From NCBI RefSeq assembly GCF_902459465.1, contig NC_047081.1, positions 9,424,001-9,488,000 of the forward strand: 64,000 bases of DNA, written 5' to 3'. Shown in pieces: positions 38,001-49,520 of this stretch. A model generated the notes under the pieces. That model saw only the letters and a program-made list of their open reading frames with translations. It searched no databases and was not told where the DNA came from. The translations under genes were made by a program, and so were the position numbers. Position 1 is the stretch's first letter; the number at the start of each line of letters is the position of its first letter. Source of the DNA: Asterias rubens. Lineage: Eukaryota.

Positions 38001-39324
38001 TTATATTTCCACCAATAAATATCAAGATATAAACCACAAGATATTGACAAAAAATGCGCAGGGTTTCGAGGAGTAAAATTTATTTAAATGTTGCTGCTCA
38101 GTCACATGCACTTACATTACATCCCGATACGTGGAGATTGTGCAGTAATTCACTGACAAGCAGGACAGGGAAAACGTTGGTCTTAAAGTTGACGCCTTGT
38201 GTTGTCATAATTATTACTAGATACCGAGAGAGAAAACAAATTTAAACGCAGTGGGCACTATTGGTAATTGTCAAAGACTAGCCTTCACAGTTGGTGTATC
38301 TCAATATATGCATAAAATAACAAACCTTTGGAAATTTGAGCTCATTCGGTCGTCGATTTTGCGAGATAATAATGAAAGAAAAAAACACCCTTGTCATACG
38401 AAGTAGTGTGCTTTCTGATGCTTGGTTTCGATACCTCAAATTCTAAATTGAGGTCTCGAAATCAAATTCGTTGAAAATTACTTCTTTCTCGAAAACTATG
38501 GCACTTCAGAGGGAGCCGTTTCTCACAATGTTTTATACCATCAACCTCTCCCCATTACTCTTCACCAATAATAGTTTTATGCCAATAACTGTTTTGAGTA
38601 ATTACCAATAGTGTCCACCGCCTTTAAATCAAATGGTGGTAAAATAACACCATTGATTATTTGATTGACTGATTGATTGATTGATTGAAAAGAGAGGATC
38701 TGAAAAAATATCCTTACGGTCTCTCCTTATCATCCATTTTTTTGACACATTTTTGTCAACCGGTTTTCGTCAACTACCCCCGTCGACCTGACAAAACTAC
38801 TAACAATACCCAGACGTAGACCGACCCATAAAACTTGTGAACATTAATTTACAGTTTTGTGTAAATCTCAGGCCAACAGTGTTGGAGTGTCACTGAATGG
38901 GACAGCGCCATCATTTTTTCCAATCAAATTTATACCATAAAGGAAGTGGACACTGTTGGTAATTGTCAAAGACATGTGTTCACAGTTGGTGTATCTCAAC
39001 GTATGCATAAAATAACCAACCTGTGAAAATTTGAGCTCAAACGGTCATCTAAGTTGCGAGATAATAATTGAAAGAAAAAATACCTTGTCACACAAAGTAG
39101 TAGTGTGCTTTCAGATGCTTGATTTCGAGACCTCAAATTCTAAATCTGAGGTCTCGAAATCAAATTCGTGGAAAATTACTTCTTTCTCGAAAACTATGGC
39201 ACTTCATAGGGAGTCGTTTCTCACAATGTTTGATACTACTAACCTCTCACATTAATCGTTACCAAGTAAGGTTTTATGTTAATAGTTATTTTGAGTAATT
39301 ACCAATAGTGTCCAGTGCCTTTAA
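35053..39324. mobile_element. Cluster of about 7 family A MITE copies
   Basis: Copies at 35053-35424, ~36748-36989 (partial), ~37195-37447, 37444-37775, ~37773-37980 (partial), 38242-38627 and 38937-39324. Confidence 0.9.
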
Positions 39325-40081
39325 TATGTTTCTTTGAATTTAAACTCAAGTTCCTTTCGGTTGGTAAGCAGTTTGCAACAGTTAATTCTATAATTATTTT
39401 CATAAGAGCTAATTCTATATTTTCACATAATAAATAAAAAAGGAGACTGGTAAATTCTAAGTCAACATTTTGTTTTTTACATTTTTTTTATTTGCCTTAA
39501 GAGCAAATCTGGAGCTGACTCTCTGTTTCTGAAAGATGACATCATTTATTTTCGAAGAAATAGTTGACCATAATAAAATGACGTCAACACAACCTTCTCT
39601 TGAATCAAGCCCTTGTGATTACATATTATCGGTGTAATTTCAGAGTAACAACGCTTACAACTTACAACGGAGCACACCCCGCCACAAGATTTACGTAAAC
39701 TCCAGTAGTCACCATTGTGTGCACATGTATTGTGTTTACAATGACGTCAGGTCCCCCGTCACACGACAAAGGGGGATTCACCCGATCCCCAGTCCATAGA
39801 GAAACTCGCCACGCGTCATTATCGATCCTTCTTTCCATAAGAAAAGTCTTTCGCCACTGCACCAAATAAGGATGTTTACATGTTTGTATTGTTATTTATG
39901 AAAAGTTGCCAAGTAAACAAACAAGATAAACAAACACGCAGAGTTCGGTATAAGTACTGACCATGCTGATGCCTTCCTCATTAGAACATAAAAATCCATC
40001 TAAGACACCCGGAGCTGTTTTCGACCAACAAATAAAACAAGTTTGCAAATTGAGTCTGCCGTTTTTCGCTAAACTTTCAAG

Positions 40082-40207
40082 ATGTCGTTTTCTCGGCATT
40101 GGTTTGCGATGTGTGTTTTGGTCCTGAGTATTGTTGGCGGTTCATGGACGCTTGATGACGGCAGAGCGAACGAGCTTGACGAGGATCCACAAATGATTCG
40201 ATTAAAG
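40082..40207 (+). CDS. MMP-A exon 1 (signal peptide)
   Basis: [42 protein letters not shown]|GTAAAT, phase 0. Confidence 0.85.
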
Positions 40208-43200
40208 GTAAATAATCGTTGTACTCAGTCAGTTTTAAGTACCTCTAAGTGCTTCAAATCCAGACGTGATTCCATTAACCTAGGAAATCTGACCCCTACA
40301 GCACGTTTAAAATTTAGGTATAGCCTGCCGCATGGTCGCCGCATGCATGAAAAACTCCCGAAAAACTGTATGTTTAGAAAGCCACTCCGGCGTTTTCATA
40401 CAGTAAAATTTTCTGCAGGTTCAAAGGGTTCAGTTAGGGAAATTCGTCAGTTTCTCATGTGATTTATTAGTTTTTTACCTGGTGAACAAATGTTGTATTG
40501 ATAACTAATAGCGCATTGATATCTTGTGTTTTCCTTTCTCGAATACTCTCAATCTGGTTGCGATAAAAGCCGACGCCTGACGACAATTTTTTTGTCAATC
40601 CATTCAATACTATATCTGACCCAGTGTAACCTTATTCTGACCCTGTTGTTTCAAAATTTAAATGTAACATAATGATGTAAACATTTAGTCTGTTCGAAAT
40701 CTGACTCTTGATGTAGCATAGGCCAACATGGACAAGCTAAGTTAAAGTTTTTCTTAATAATTTCTTAATGTCCCAATAATTGAATCTATCATGTTTACTG
40801 TATGGTTTGCATACTTGCAATAGAATTCCTAGAGATAAGTACAATATTTACTGATACATTCATCATTTAGCAGATGAACAGATGTATTTACTTGCACATA
40901 TCTCTAGTTTTGTTGGCACCCACTGGGCACACAAGCCGTCCACCGTCGGCAGCCGCACCCATGTCTAGATGCTGAATTAGCTTTGACAAGAAGCTGGAAA
41001 GATGTACATGTAGGAATGTAGATGTACCTTCAACAATGAAATATCTAATTATATCAGTGATAAGTCCAAAGTAAATCAAGGATAATTTGTCATTTTTCAA
41101 TAGAGCTATCTCGAAAGAAACGGCTACATGACGCAGTCCGTTTTGGGAACACCTGAAGATTACGACGCCCAGCAGAACCTGGCCGAAGCAATTGCAGACC
41201 TGCAGAACATGCTTGGGCTGGACCCTACTGGTAAGAAACAACTTTGAATCGCAAAGCACTACCATCACTCTATCGTTCACTGTTGGTACCCAACATATCA
41301 TGGATACGATGTGTCCCACGAGTTAACTGACATTCGTTCACACGGCACATTCCCGGGTTAGAATTGACCCGGAATCCGTTGTGGGTCAGACCCATTTCTT
41401 GGTTAGTATGACCCAGAATCTGTGTCTAGATAACTCAGAAGTTGGTCAAACTTACACATAATTTGAGAGAAGATCCCCTTTTTTTAACCAGCTTCCGGGT
41501 AAGCCTGACCTCAAAACGGATCAAAGCCATTTTGAAAGTGAAGTTTACTTTCCACATTTGTGTCGTTATCATGGTAGAGCACCTTGTTTCTTTAAAATAA
41601 CCGGAAATTTCAAATGCAACAAAGAACAAGTGAGGACTGAAAATTGACGGAAAGAAGGTAGAGGGGTACTGGAGGACTTGTTTTACCCAAGAGGTCACTG
41701 GAAATTCAAAATACATAATGGGAAGGGGGGTGCAAAGTAATTAATTGGAGAACGAAACAGACTGAAAACGGGAAATCTGCGTAAATGACAACAAATTTGT
41801 CCATTATGTTCCTTCTTTAATGTTCACGGCAGTGTTTGAATTGTCTGGATTCTCAGGCAACGCGTCTTCAGCATTTAGTAAACGTATCTGCCAACATTTA
41901 TTCATAACTTATGACTTCTTACTCAGGTAAGCTGGATGAATGACAAAAATGTGTTCATCGTGTTCCTTCGTAGATGTTCAGACCAGGGTATAAATGACCT
42001 GGAACGCCCTATCAGTGTGTTTTTCGCACATTTTATTTGCCAATTATTTATTCGTAATTTCTATCTTTTTTTTTTTAGGCGAGGTTGATGAGATGTTGAT
42101 GGCGGCCATTGATATGCCTCGATGTGGAATGCCAGACAACGTCCCGGAAGACTACCGCGTCTCTTCAGTCAAGTACGGATCACCAGAGCTTACGTACCGT
42201 ATCGACAGCTTCACTCCAGACATGGCACAAGAAGATGTACGGATGATTCTAAGGAGTGCTTTACAGGTGAGTGTAACATGTAAATATGTGTAAACGGTGT
42301 CAGGACACTTCGTACCTTGGACATTCGTACCTTCCTACAATACACTTCGTACCTTCTCACGAGTCACTTCGTACCTTCTCACGAGACACTTCCTACCTTC
42401 GTACTAATTCGGGATTTTTGCATCGGTTTGCATCCATACCACTCTTTCAGAGTGAAACACGGGTACTTTCAACTCGATTTAGAGTGAAGTTCGTTCCAGA
42501 CGAAAGAGTTACAGACTGACTTCCCGAAATTACTCAGAAGTACACAACTGTTTGCTCGACATGTTGTTATTGAAAAAAAAACAATTTCAGGTCCTACCAA
42601 TATTATAATAATCAGTTTCTGGCGCCTGAATTCACAAAAAAAAAATAATAATAATTCAGTTTCTACAATAAATGTCCTTGTACGACTGTACACGCATTAC
42701 CTGACTGATTTTTTCGTTGATGTATTTTAGTGTTTTTTAACTAAAAAATCATGTCATTCAGCCTGCTGTCTACGAACATGATTCTTATTTAAATAAATCA
42801 AATCAAAAACAAAATATTTATATATATTTTTGTTTAGGTATGGTCTGACGTCTCCCAGCTTACCTTCACCGAGGTATTCGGCCTGGCACGGGCAGATATA
42901 GCCATCTCATTCGCGGCAGGACAACACGGGGACGTGGCCAGTTTTGACGGCCCAGGCGGCGTTCTGGCGCACGCCTTCTTGCCACGGAACAGCAACACAC
43001 ACTTTGACGAGGATGAAAGATGGACCATGGGAACACCTGCAGGTAGATTTTGTTTATTAAGCCCAGCTTTCCATGAATCTAATTTTCATGACAAACAGGT
43101 TACATGTACTTATTTCCATGATAGCCCGAAAACTTTAAGATTGAAATTCACTCAGACCAATCGATAGACACTTTCGACAACTTCAGATGATTCATTGTCC

Positions 43201-46200
43201 ACAAATTTAACCAATTCATTTCTAAGTTTCAAAGAAAGTAACGCCAATGTAATCTCACATTATTTCAATGTTATTTGATAAAGCATACATTTTGAGATAA
43301 TGCGTATAATGCATTGTAACACCATGTAAGCGCAGTTTCAACTCGCAATCTTTAATAAGAGCGAACTATAGTAAACAACAACTTTTGCAGATCGCGATCG
43401 ATATCTAAACTAGGTAAATAAATCAAAAGATGCAGTCAGTGGTAGCTGTGATCATGCTCTGATGTATTCGGGGTACTGCCGAGTAAACATATGCAGTTAT
43501 ATTACCTTTTTTAAATGCGTTTCGTCCAATAACAAACTATGGTTTTCTTTCTTGTAGGAATAAACTTGTTTCAGGTCGCTGCTCACGAGTTCGGCCACGC
43601 CCTTGGACTGTACCATTCGACTGACCTCTCAGCACTCATGTATCCTTACTACCGCGGGTACCAGGCTAATTTTCAACTCGGTGAAGATGACATTGAAGGG
43701 ATCCAGAGTCTTTATGGAGGTGATTATTAATGATGACTTACCCCTCAGCGACAGACCGAAAACCATACAAACCTTACACCTTGTTGAGATAATACCCTTC
43801 CCTTTCCTTAAGAGATTACTATGGTTGGTGTTTTCCACACCTTTTTACATAGATATGTAGGTTCAACGCAAACCCCATTATTTATTTTCCTATTCCCCTT
43901 TTTCGTAAATTCTTGCATGCAAGATGCATCATATCTGGCTTTGAAAAGCTCCAAAACTACTTAAAGCACTGCGTCTTATCGAACGGTGCAAGGAGGGCCA
44001 TGAGTTCATTTTATTTTTGTAAGAAAGTGTGCGGCATGTATTTATGTGCATGTTTGCGAAAAATTATTGCTAAATATTGTGAATGGTCCCTACTCCTAAC
44101 AAATCCTCCAAACAAGTTTTAACGCCCCAAAGCGCCCAATCCAAAGCTACTTGCCCATTTTGTTTATTCGAATGTTCGTTTAAATGTTTAAATTAATCAC
44201 ACAACTCAAATTTTGTTATTTTATTCTCATTTTAGCGAAACAGACACCTGGTGGTGGTGGCAACGGCGGCGGGGACGGTGGAAATGGTGGTAAGTTGCTC
44301 TATTGTTTATAAGATCTTAACATTTAAATGCTTTCTCCAGAAGACGACCAGAGCGTACTGATCGAAACGTCAAGTTGAAACCAACGGTTATTTTCAGAAC
44401 CACCGCAACTCATTTAGAGATTATTATTTATACATGGTGTTACCGCAAACCTTTCTACATATCCACAATGCACAGTTTAAAATCAACCCATTTAAACATT
44501 TAAGATCTGAAGCCTTTTGTTATGAAGGGTGTTTTTTTCCTTTCATTTTTCTCTCATGCAAATTCGAAGACCAATATTGTGCACTGGTCTTTTTGGCAAC
44601 CAAATTTGTCTGGTGCATTTACGTTTATCCTCCTTGCTGTAGCCGGTTTGCTTTACTCCATAGTGGCCGTTTGTCGTGATATTTCATAGAAGTACAGTTT
44701 TGAAATTGAAATGGATTTTTAACAATCTTACATGTACTTTATTTCCTCAGTGACAACACAAGGCACACTAACGACCCAAGGCGCACTAACAACATCAGGA
44801 GCAGTGACTTCACAAGCAGCAGTTACAACAAAAGCCGCAATGACGACCCAGGGAGCTGTGACGACCCAAACTCCGCAGACTCCGACCAGCCAACCGCCAC
44901 CTCCATCCGGAGCCTGCCGTAGAAACGGTACTTTTGACGCCGTGGTCAACACGAAAGATGGCCGCACGTTCGGTTTTATCGGTGAGTAGCATTTTAACGT
45001 CGTACTAGTCGCATTCATACCTCAATTTGGTAATACACAAAATTGGTTTCGTTTTTGATGAGCCAAATCGTTGATGATGTGATGACCTGACCCCGGTTAT
45101 TGGTATGGACCATGCGGACCCTTTTCCCACTCTACTTCGATGTGAAATTTGCATCGATGATAAAGCATATTCATTTTCGGTGTTAATTTTGAATGTACTA
45201 AAGTTTTTGTTTTCCAATTGGTAGGTGCATTCGTCTGGCGTTTAGACGTCTACCCACGAACTTACTCAAGAATCAGAGCCACCTGGCCAAGTCTGCCCAA
45301 CAACATCAAATCTGCGATCACGGAGGGAAACACTACTTATATTATAAAGGTAATCCATGACATTACTTTCAAACGCCCTTTTCGAAACCACGGCTTCACC
45401 TTTAGATTCGGCTTCAGACTCCGCCCTCTTGTCTGAAGCCTAAAAGAGTAAAGCCACCCTTTTTAAAGTTCAGATGAGACTCAAGGGAGCGAGACAAGGG
45501 ATTCATCATATCATCAGAGTGATCTCATTCTTAGCTCTTTCCTTTCCAAACCTAGAACCCCGCATTCTAGAATTTTACATCGCATGGATAAGTACCAGTG
45601 AATTTATTGCGTCAACGAGATGACCAATGGCTGCTCACCATATAAAGCCGAACGCGATTGTCTGCCATTTGTCGAGACTGACTTTAACATTTTTTTATCA
45701 TGTTTGATTTCAGGGATGCTATGCCTGGCAGTACGAGGATCAAGTCTACATGGGTCGAGTTCACGTCAGATCCAAGTGGCCAGCACTCCCTTGCAATGTC
45801 AATGCCGGTTACGTCTCACTAGACAGCTACACTTACTTCTACAAAGGTGAATATTTTCCACAATTTACTGACGTTATTATAAACTTTTCCAAGGGGAGAT
45901 TTTGGAACGCTGAGTATGTGCCAAGTACTGAGACCAATTGTTTTTACCTTGTAAGTCTGCTGCCTGCCACCTTGTGCCTCAAAAGTTCACCTTTAATTAT
46001 GGACGGTTTTGGCATGGCGCGTATTGCGTATTGGCGCGTATTGCGGTTTCTTCAAAATGAGGGGACTCAACTTACACTCGATCGAATTTTTGAAACCCCT
46101 TCTCACATCTTTGCTGTACTTTCTGTTCTTAATTTTGATTGATTTGTATGATTTTCCTTTATACGTTGATGTGGAGTTGAAACTAATGCGAATCTGAAAT

Positions 46201-46751
46201 GAAAGCAATGTTTTTGCCGAGTGGTTAGCTGTAGTATAAGCTACACTAAACATTCGTGAGCGGGAAAAGTGATTAGCAGATTCACGATTGATTCGAAGAT
46301 GAGTAAATAAGACCCTTGCATTCCTTTCAATCTCTGTTTGCTTTGCTCGTTTGCATATCATGTATTTTCACCATAGCTTGAATGATGGACTAAACAATGA
46401 GCGGTGACACTCTGAGATCGTCAGTACCAAGACTATCCATTTTGTTCACTTTTATTCATTATTGTATATCTTTCTTCTTCACCAGGTCAATTTGTTTACC
46501 GTTACCGAGACAACAGCTTCATGTTCCGGCGAAGAATCCGCTCGCTGAACTACGGGGGTCTGCCAAGCCGCAACTTTCGGGTGACTGCCATCAACCCCAA
46601 CCTCAACGAAGACGGACAGGTCGTCAGTGCTTTCGTCTTCTCGGGGAATATCTACTACCTCTTCGACGATGCCGAGAAGCGGTTCGTTTATCCCGATGAC
46701 TACCCAAGACATGTGGCGAATTACATTCTGCCCGCGTGCGGTAATTTATGA
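40082..46751 (+). CDS. HE: Matrix metalloproteinase, hatching enzyme (envelysin)-like, secreted, 538 aa, 10 exons (MMP-A)
   Basis: Exons 40082-40207, 41104-41230, 42079-42266, 42838-43042, 43558-43719, 44236-44289, 44751-44981, 45225-45349, 45714-45846 and 46486-46751 join in phase. Signal peptide, cysteine switch [18 protein letters not shown] zinc motif, Met-turn ALMYP, Thr-rich hinge and hemopexin domain. AHAFLPRN, [20 protein letters not shown], ALMYPYY, FDAVV, the extra Cys in xCY and LPCN, and the lack of a furin site match sea-urchin hatching enzyme as I recall it. MMP identity is near certain; HE orthology is less so. Confidence 0.9.
41104..41230 (+). CDS. MMP-A exon 2 (prodomain)
   Basis: SYLERNGYM...[17 protein letters not shown], with a TTTTTCAATAG acceptor and a GTAAGA donor. 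Confidence 0.9.
42079..42266 (+). CDS. MMP-A exon 3 (cysteine switch)
   Basis: [63 protein letters not shown]|GTGAGT. Confidence 0.95.
42302..42428 (+). repeat. Fragment of the CACTTCGTACC-iteron element in MMP-A intron 3
   Basis: Near-identical to ~57775-57930, lacking one 22-nt unit. Confidence 0.85.
42838..43042 (+). CDS. MMP-A exon 4 (catalytic domain)
   Basis: [10 protein letters not shown]...[40 protein letters not shown]. Confidence 0.95.
43558..43719 (+). CDS. MMP-A exon 5 (zinc-binding site)
   Basis: [53 protein letters not shown]. Confidence 0.97.
44236..44289 (+). CDS. MMP-A exon 6 (54-nt Gly-rich linker mini-exon)
   Basis: TTATTCTCATTTTAG|[18 protein letters not shown]|GTAAGT, symmetric phase 1-1. 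Confidence 0.75.
44331..44460 (+). mobile_element. Penelope-like-element-type repeat with degenerate minimal hammerhead motif
   Basis: CTC-CAGAAGA-C-GACCAG-AGCGTA-CTGATC-GAAA-CGTC-AAG followed by TTGAAACCAACGG...AGAACCACC...CATGGTGTTACCGCAAACC. Homologous to the copies at 49.4k, 54.4k and 63.4k. Confidence 0.6.
44751..44981 (+). CDS. MMP-A exon 7 (Thr-rich hinge and start of hemopexin domain)
   Basis: [12 protein letters not shown]...[30 protein letters not shown]|GTGAGT. Confidence 0.9.
45225..45349 (+). CDS. MMP-A exon 8 (hemopexin)
   Basis: [41 protein letters not shown]|GTAATC. Confidence 0.9.
45714..45846 (+). CDS. MMP-A exon 9 (hemopexin)
   Basis: [44 protein letters not shown]|GTGAAT. 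Confidence 0.9.
46486..46751 (+). CDS. MMP-A exon 10 (terminal hemopexin)
   Basis: [20 protein letters not shown]...[18 protein letters not shown]. No hydrophobic tail. Candidate AATAAA at 47388-47393. Confidence 0.9.
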
Positions 46752-47482
46752 TGATTGTAGACATTTTAATTGATTTGTAAAGTTTGGATTTGCAAATTGT
46801 TTGCCAGTTTAGATTTTAAGTTAATGATAAGTGCGGTTTTTTACTAACTGCAGCTGTGGAGGCAAATGTTAAGGCTGGACCTATAGGTTGTCTAAAACTC
46901 ATGAAAATGCAAACAATTATTTCTAATTTTGTAATTGTAAATGTCTTTCTCCTTTTTAAGTTAATTAAGGCATTACCTCCGAGACGTGAAAATAATTTCC
47001 AATAGGCGGCAAATGACGCATTATTTGGTGCCATGGTAGCAAGGCAGGTCCTTGAGTTTTAACTGTATACATGTACATCTAATCGCAGTGAATTATTTTG
47101 TATTTCATGTCCATTGTAATGGACTCATTTCAAATTTGAAGAATCATTTCAAGTTTTCCCGTTTACAAACAAAGCGAGATACATGTAGATTATAGACTTG
47201 CGTCTTCTGGTAATTTGGTTTTAAACTCACTGACATTTTTGTTGTTAAATATACAACTTTTAGTTTTACTTATTATTTAAGTTATTTTGCTAATGTTTGT
47301 ATTGATGATTTTTCCTAATTTAATTTTTTCACCAGTAATAACGTTTTATCCTAACGTTTTCGTAAGTCTTACTTCCTGGAGAAGATCAATAAAAGACCGA
47401 TTTTTGTTATAAAAGAAAGAAAGTTTCACTCTATTTCATTGTGTCTACATATCCTAGTTATTTTATGCCTTATTTGTACCTT

Positions 47483-47680
47483 TTAAAGGCAGTGGATACT
47501 ATTGGTAATTACTCGTTCTTGGTGACGAGTAATTGGGAATGTTTTTTCTTTCATTATCTCGCAAGTTCGATAGCCGTTGAGCTCAAATTTTCACAGGTTT
47601 GTTATTGTATGCATATGTTGAGATACACCAACTGTGAAGGCTAGTCTTTGACAATTACCAATAGTGTCCACTGCCTTTAA
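47483..47680. mobile_element. Family A MITE, internally deleted
   Basis: Both termini and TTAA are intact; only ~200 bp. Confidence 0.85.
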
Positions 47681-48390
47681 TTAAGACAAATATCTGCGCG
47701 TAAATACTGCGGACATTGGCTTTGGTTAAAGATTAATTACACGGCTTCACACGGTCCAATTGCGTTAAAAGCTTTAAAGGAGAAAAAGGAATGTTTGCAT
47801 GTAGCCTGTTTCAGTCAATACCTGCAGGACTATATTACGTGCTTTCCAGGTTTTTGTGCTTTGCCCAACTTTATGAAATTAAGCCCTGGCTGTTGTGCGT
47901 GGGTGGGTTTCACAAGGAGTTAAGACCACAGAGTTACAATGTACATGTATACAAATGTACATGTATACATGTATAAAAACTAGAGCGCGCACTGGCCTAT
48001 ATATGTAGACCTTTCTTTTGCAACGTCACAGCCCGAGTTTTTGCCAACCCAGATTGGAAAACTATTGAAAGCCGTAAGTACAAATTAAGAAAAGGTCGCT
48101 ATTTTTGGTAACAATGTAACCAAATTTGTTGATTTTGTTTAAAATAAAACAACTAATTATAAGAGATATTTTGTTTAATTGAAAGTTTGCAGAAAGTGTT
48201 GAATTTTGTTAAAACATTTGTTAATACGATTGAATGGATTACTAACATTCGGCCGATCATGCCAACCAAGGCGGTTTATTTATCAACAAAAGAAAGGTCT
48301 ATACGTTTTTAATACATGTACATGTACATGTAGATTGTACAATGTACAATGTACATGTATCTCCCATGACTAGTCCTGCATGCAGCTAAG

Positions 48391-48530
48391 AGCAAGTTCG
48401 AGTGAGGCACTATAGTCGACTATAGTCGACCATTGGTTGATTTTGCCTGGTACCCCAGATGTGTTGAATGCATAGGTAACCATGGAACATTGACCAGTGG
48501 TTGACAAAATGGTCGCCACCCGAACTTGCT
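48391..48530. mobile_element. MITE (AGCAAGTTCG[A/G]GTG TIR)
   Basis: AGCAAGTTCGAGTG ... CACCCGAACTTGCT. A related copy lies at ~53275-53390. Confidence 0.75.
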
Positions 48531-49361
48531 AAAAAAAGCATAGGAACGTCACCACCGCATGAAGGCCGCCTCTAGGGACTACTCTAAATATAAGAGTACA
48601 AAACACCACTCTTTACTTTTCGAGCTGTCCCTCATATTCTCTTCAAAAAGAGTGGTGGTTAATTCACTCTTTTAGAGGGGTTTTACTCCAGGACAGGGCG
48701 GTAAAAACACTCAAAAAGATGCAAACTTAAACCTAAAAGAGTGGAAGACCGCTCGAAAAAGAGTTGTCCTTCATATGGCTCTTCAAAGAGTGCTTATACA
48801 GGTGTACTTGGTTTGTCTAAGCTTTCCAATGTAAAAGGGCATATTGTGTCCCTATTTCCAGAGGGTAATATTACTGGTCAGAATTTGATCTGGTTCCCGT
48901 GCGTGGTCATTGTGACTTCTGCCCATCCGGGTCAGTGTGGCCCGGAATAATTGTATGCACATTTATTGATGAGCTTTAGTTTAAGTTTGGGGCAGTAGCA
49001 AACAACTACATGTAGAGGCTTAGAGCATTGCGGACAGCATGCAAGAGAAACATTAATAAGTATTAAAAAACGGCCACCCCCGCCCGGGATTTTTTTTTTT
49101 TTTTTACATGTACATGTACACACAAAAAGAGGAAGAGAAGTGTTACGTCAGAAAATATGTTGTTCGACTTTGTATTTTTAATTAACACATTTCTTTTTTA
49201 CATCTAAGTACATTATAAAAATAAAATAACTACCAAGTGCTTTTAGTGACAAAATTAAAAACCAGATATATATCAAGCACACAAATAAATATACAGGTAC
49301 AGCCACGACGTTGGCAATTTAAAAAGGTGAAGTGCACATTAATAACAATCCTCACTGGGCG

Positions 49362-49520
49362 AGGTTTGCGGTAGCACCATGTGTAAATCTCTTTTAAATG
49401 GTGTTGGTTCTGCGGGAAGAACTGATGGTTGACAACTCTTATACGTTTTCTACTGAAGACGATCAATGCATACTAATCGAAACGTAGAGTTATCAACCAC
49501 CTATGTTTCTCAGAAATGTT
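49362..49520. mobile_element. Inverted pair of hammerhead-bearing repeat fragments
   Basis: A minus-strand 3' part (49362-49448) abuts a plus copy whose core is CTGAAGA-C-GATCAA-TGCATA-CTAATC-GAAA-CGTA-GAG (49453-49489). Confidence 0.6.

Noticed and set aside
40888-41319. 143-aa minus-strand ORF
   Set aside because: Antisense shadow of MMP-A exon 2 plus intron; no motif.
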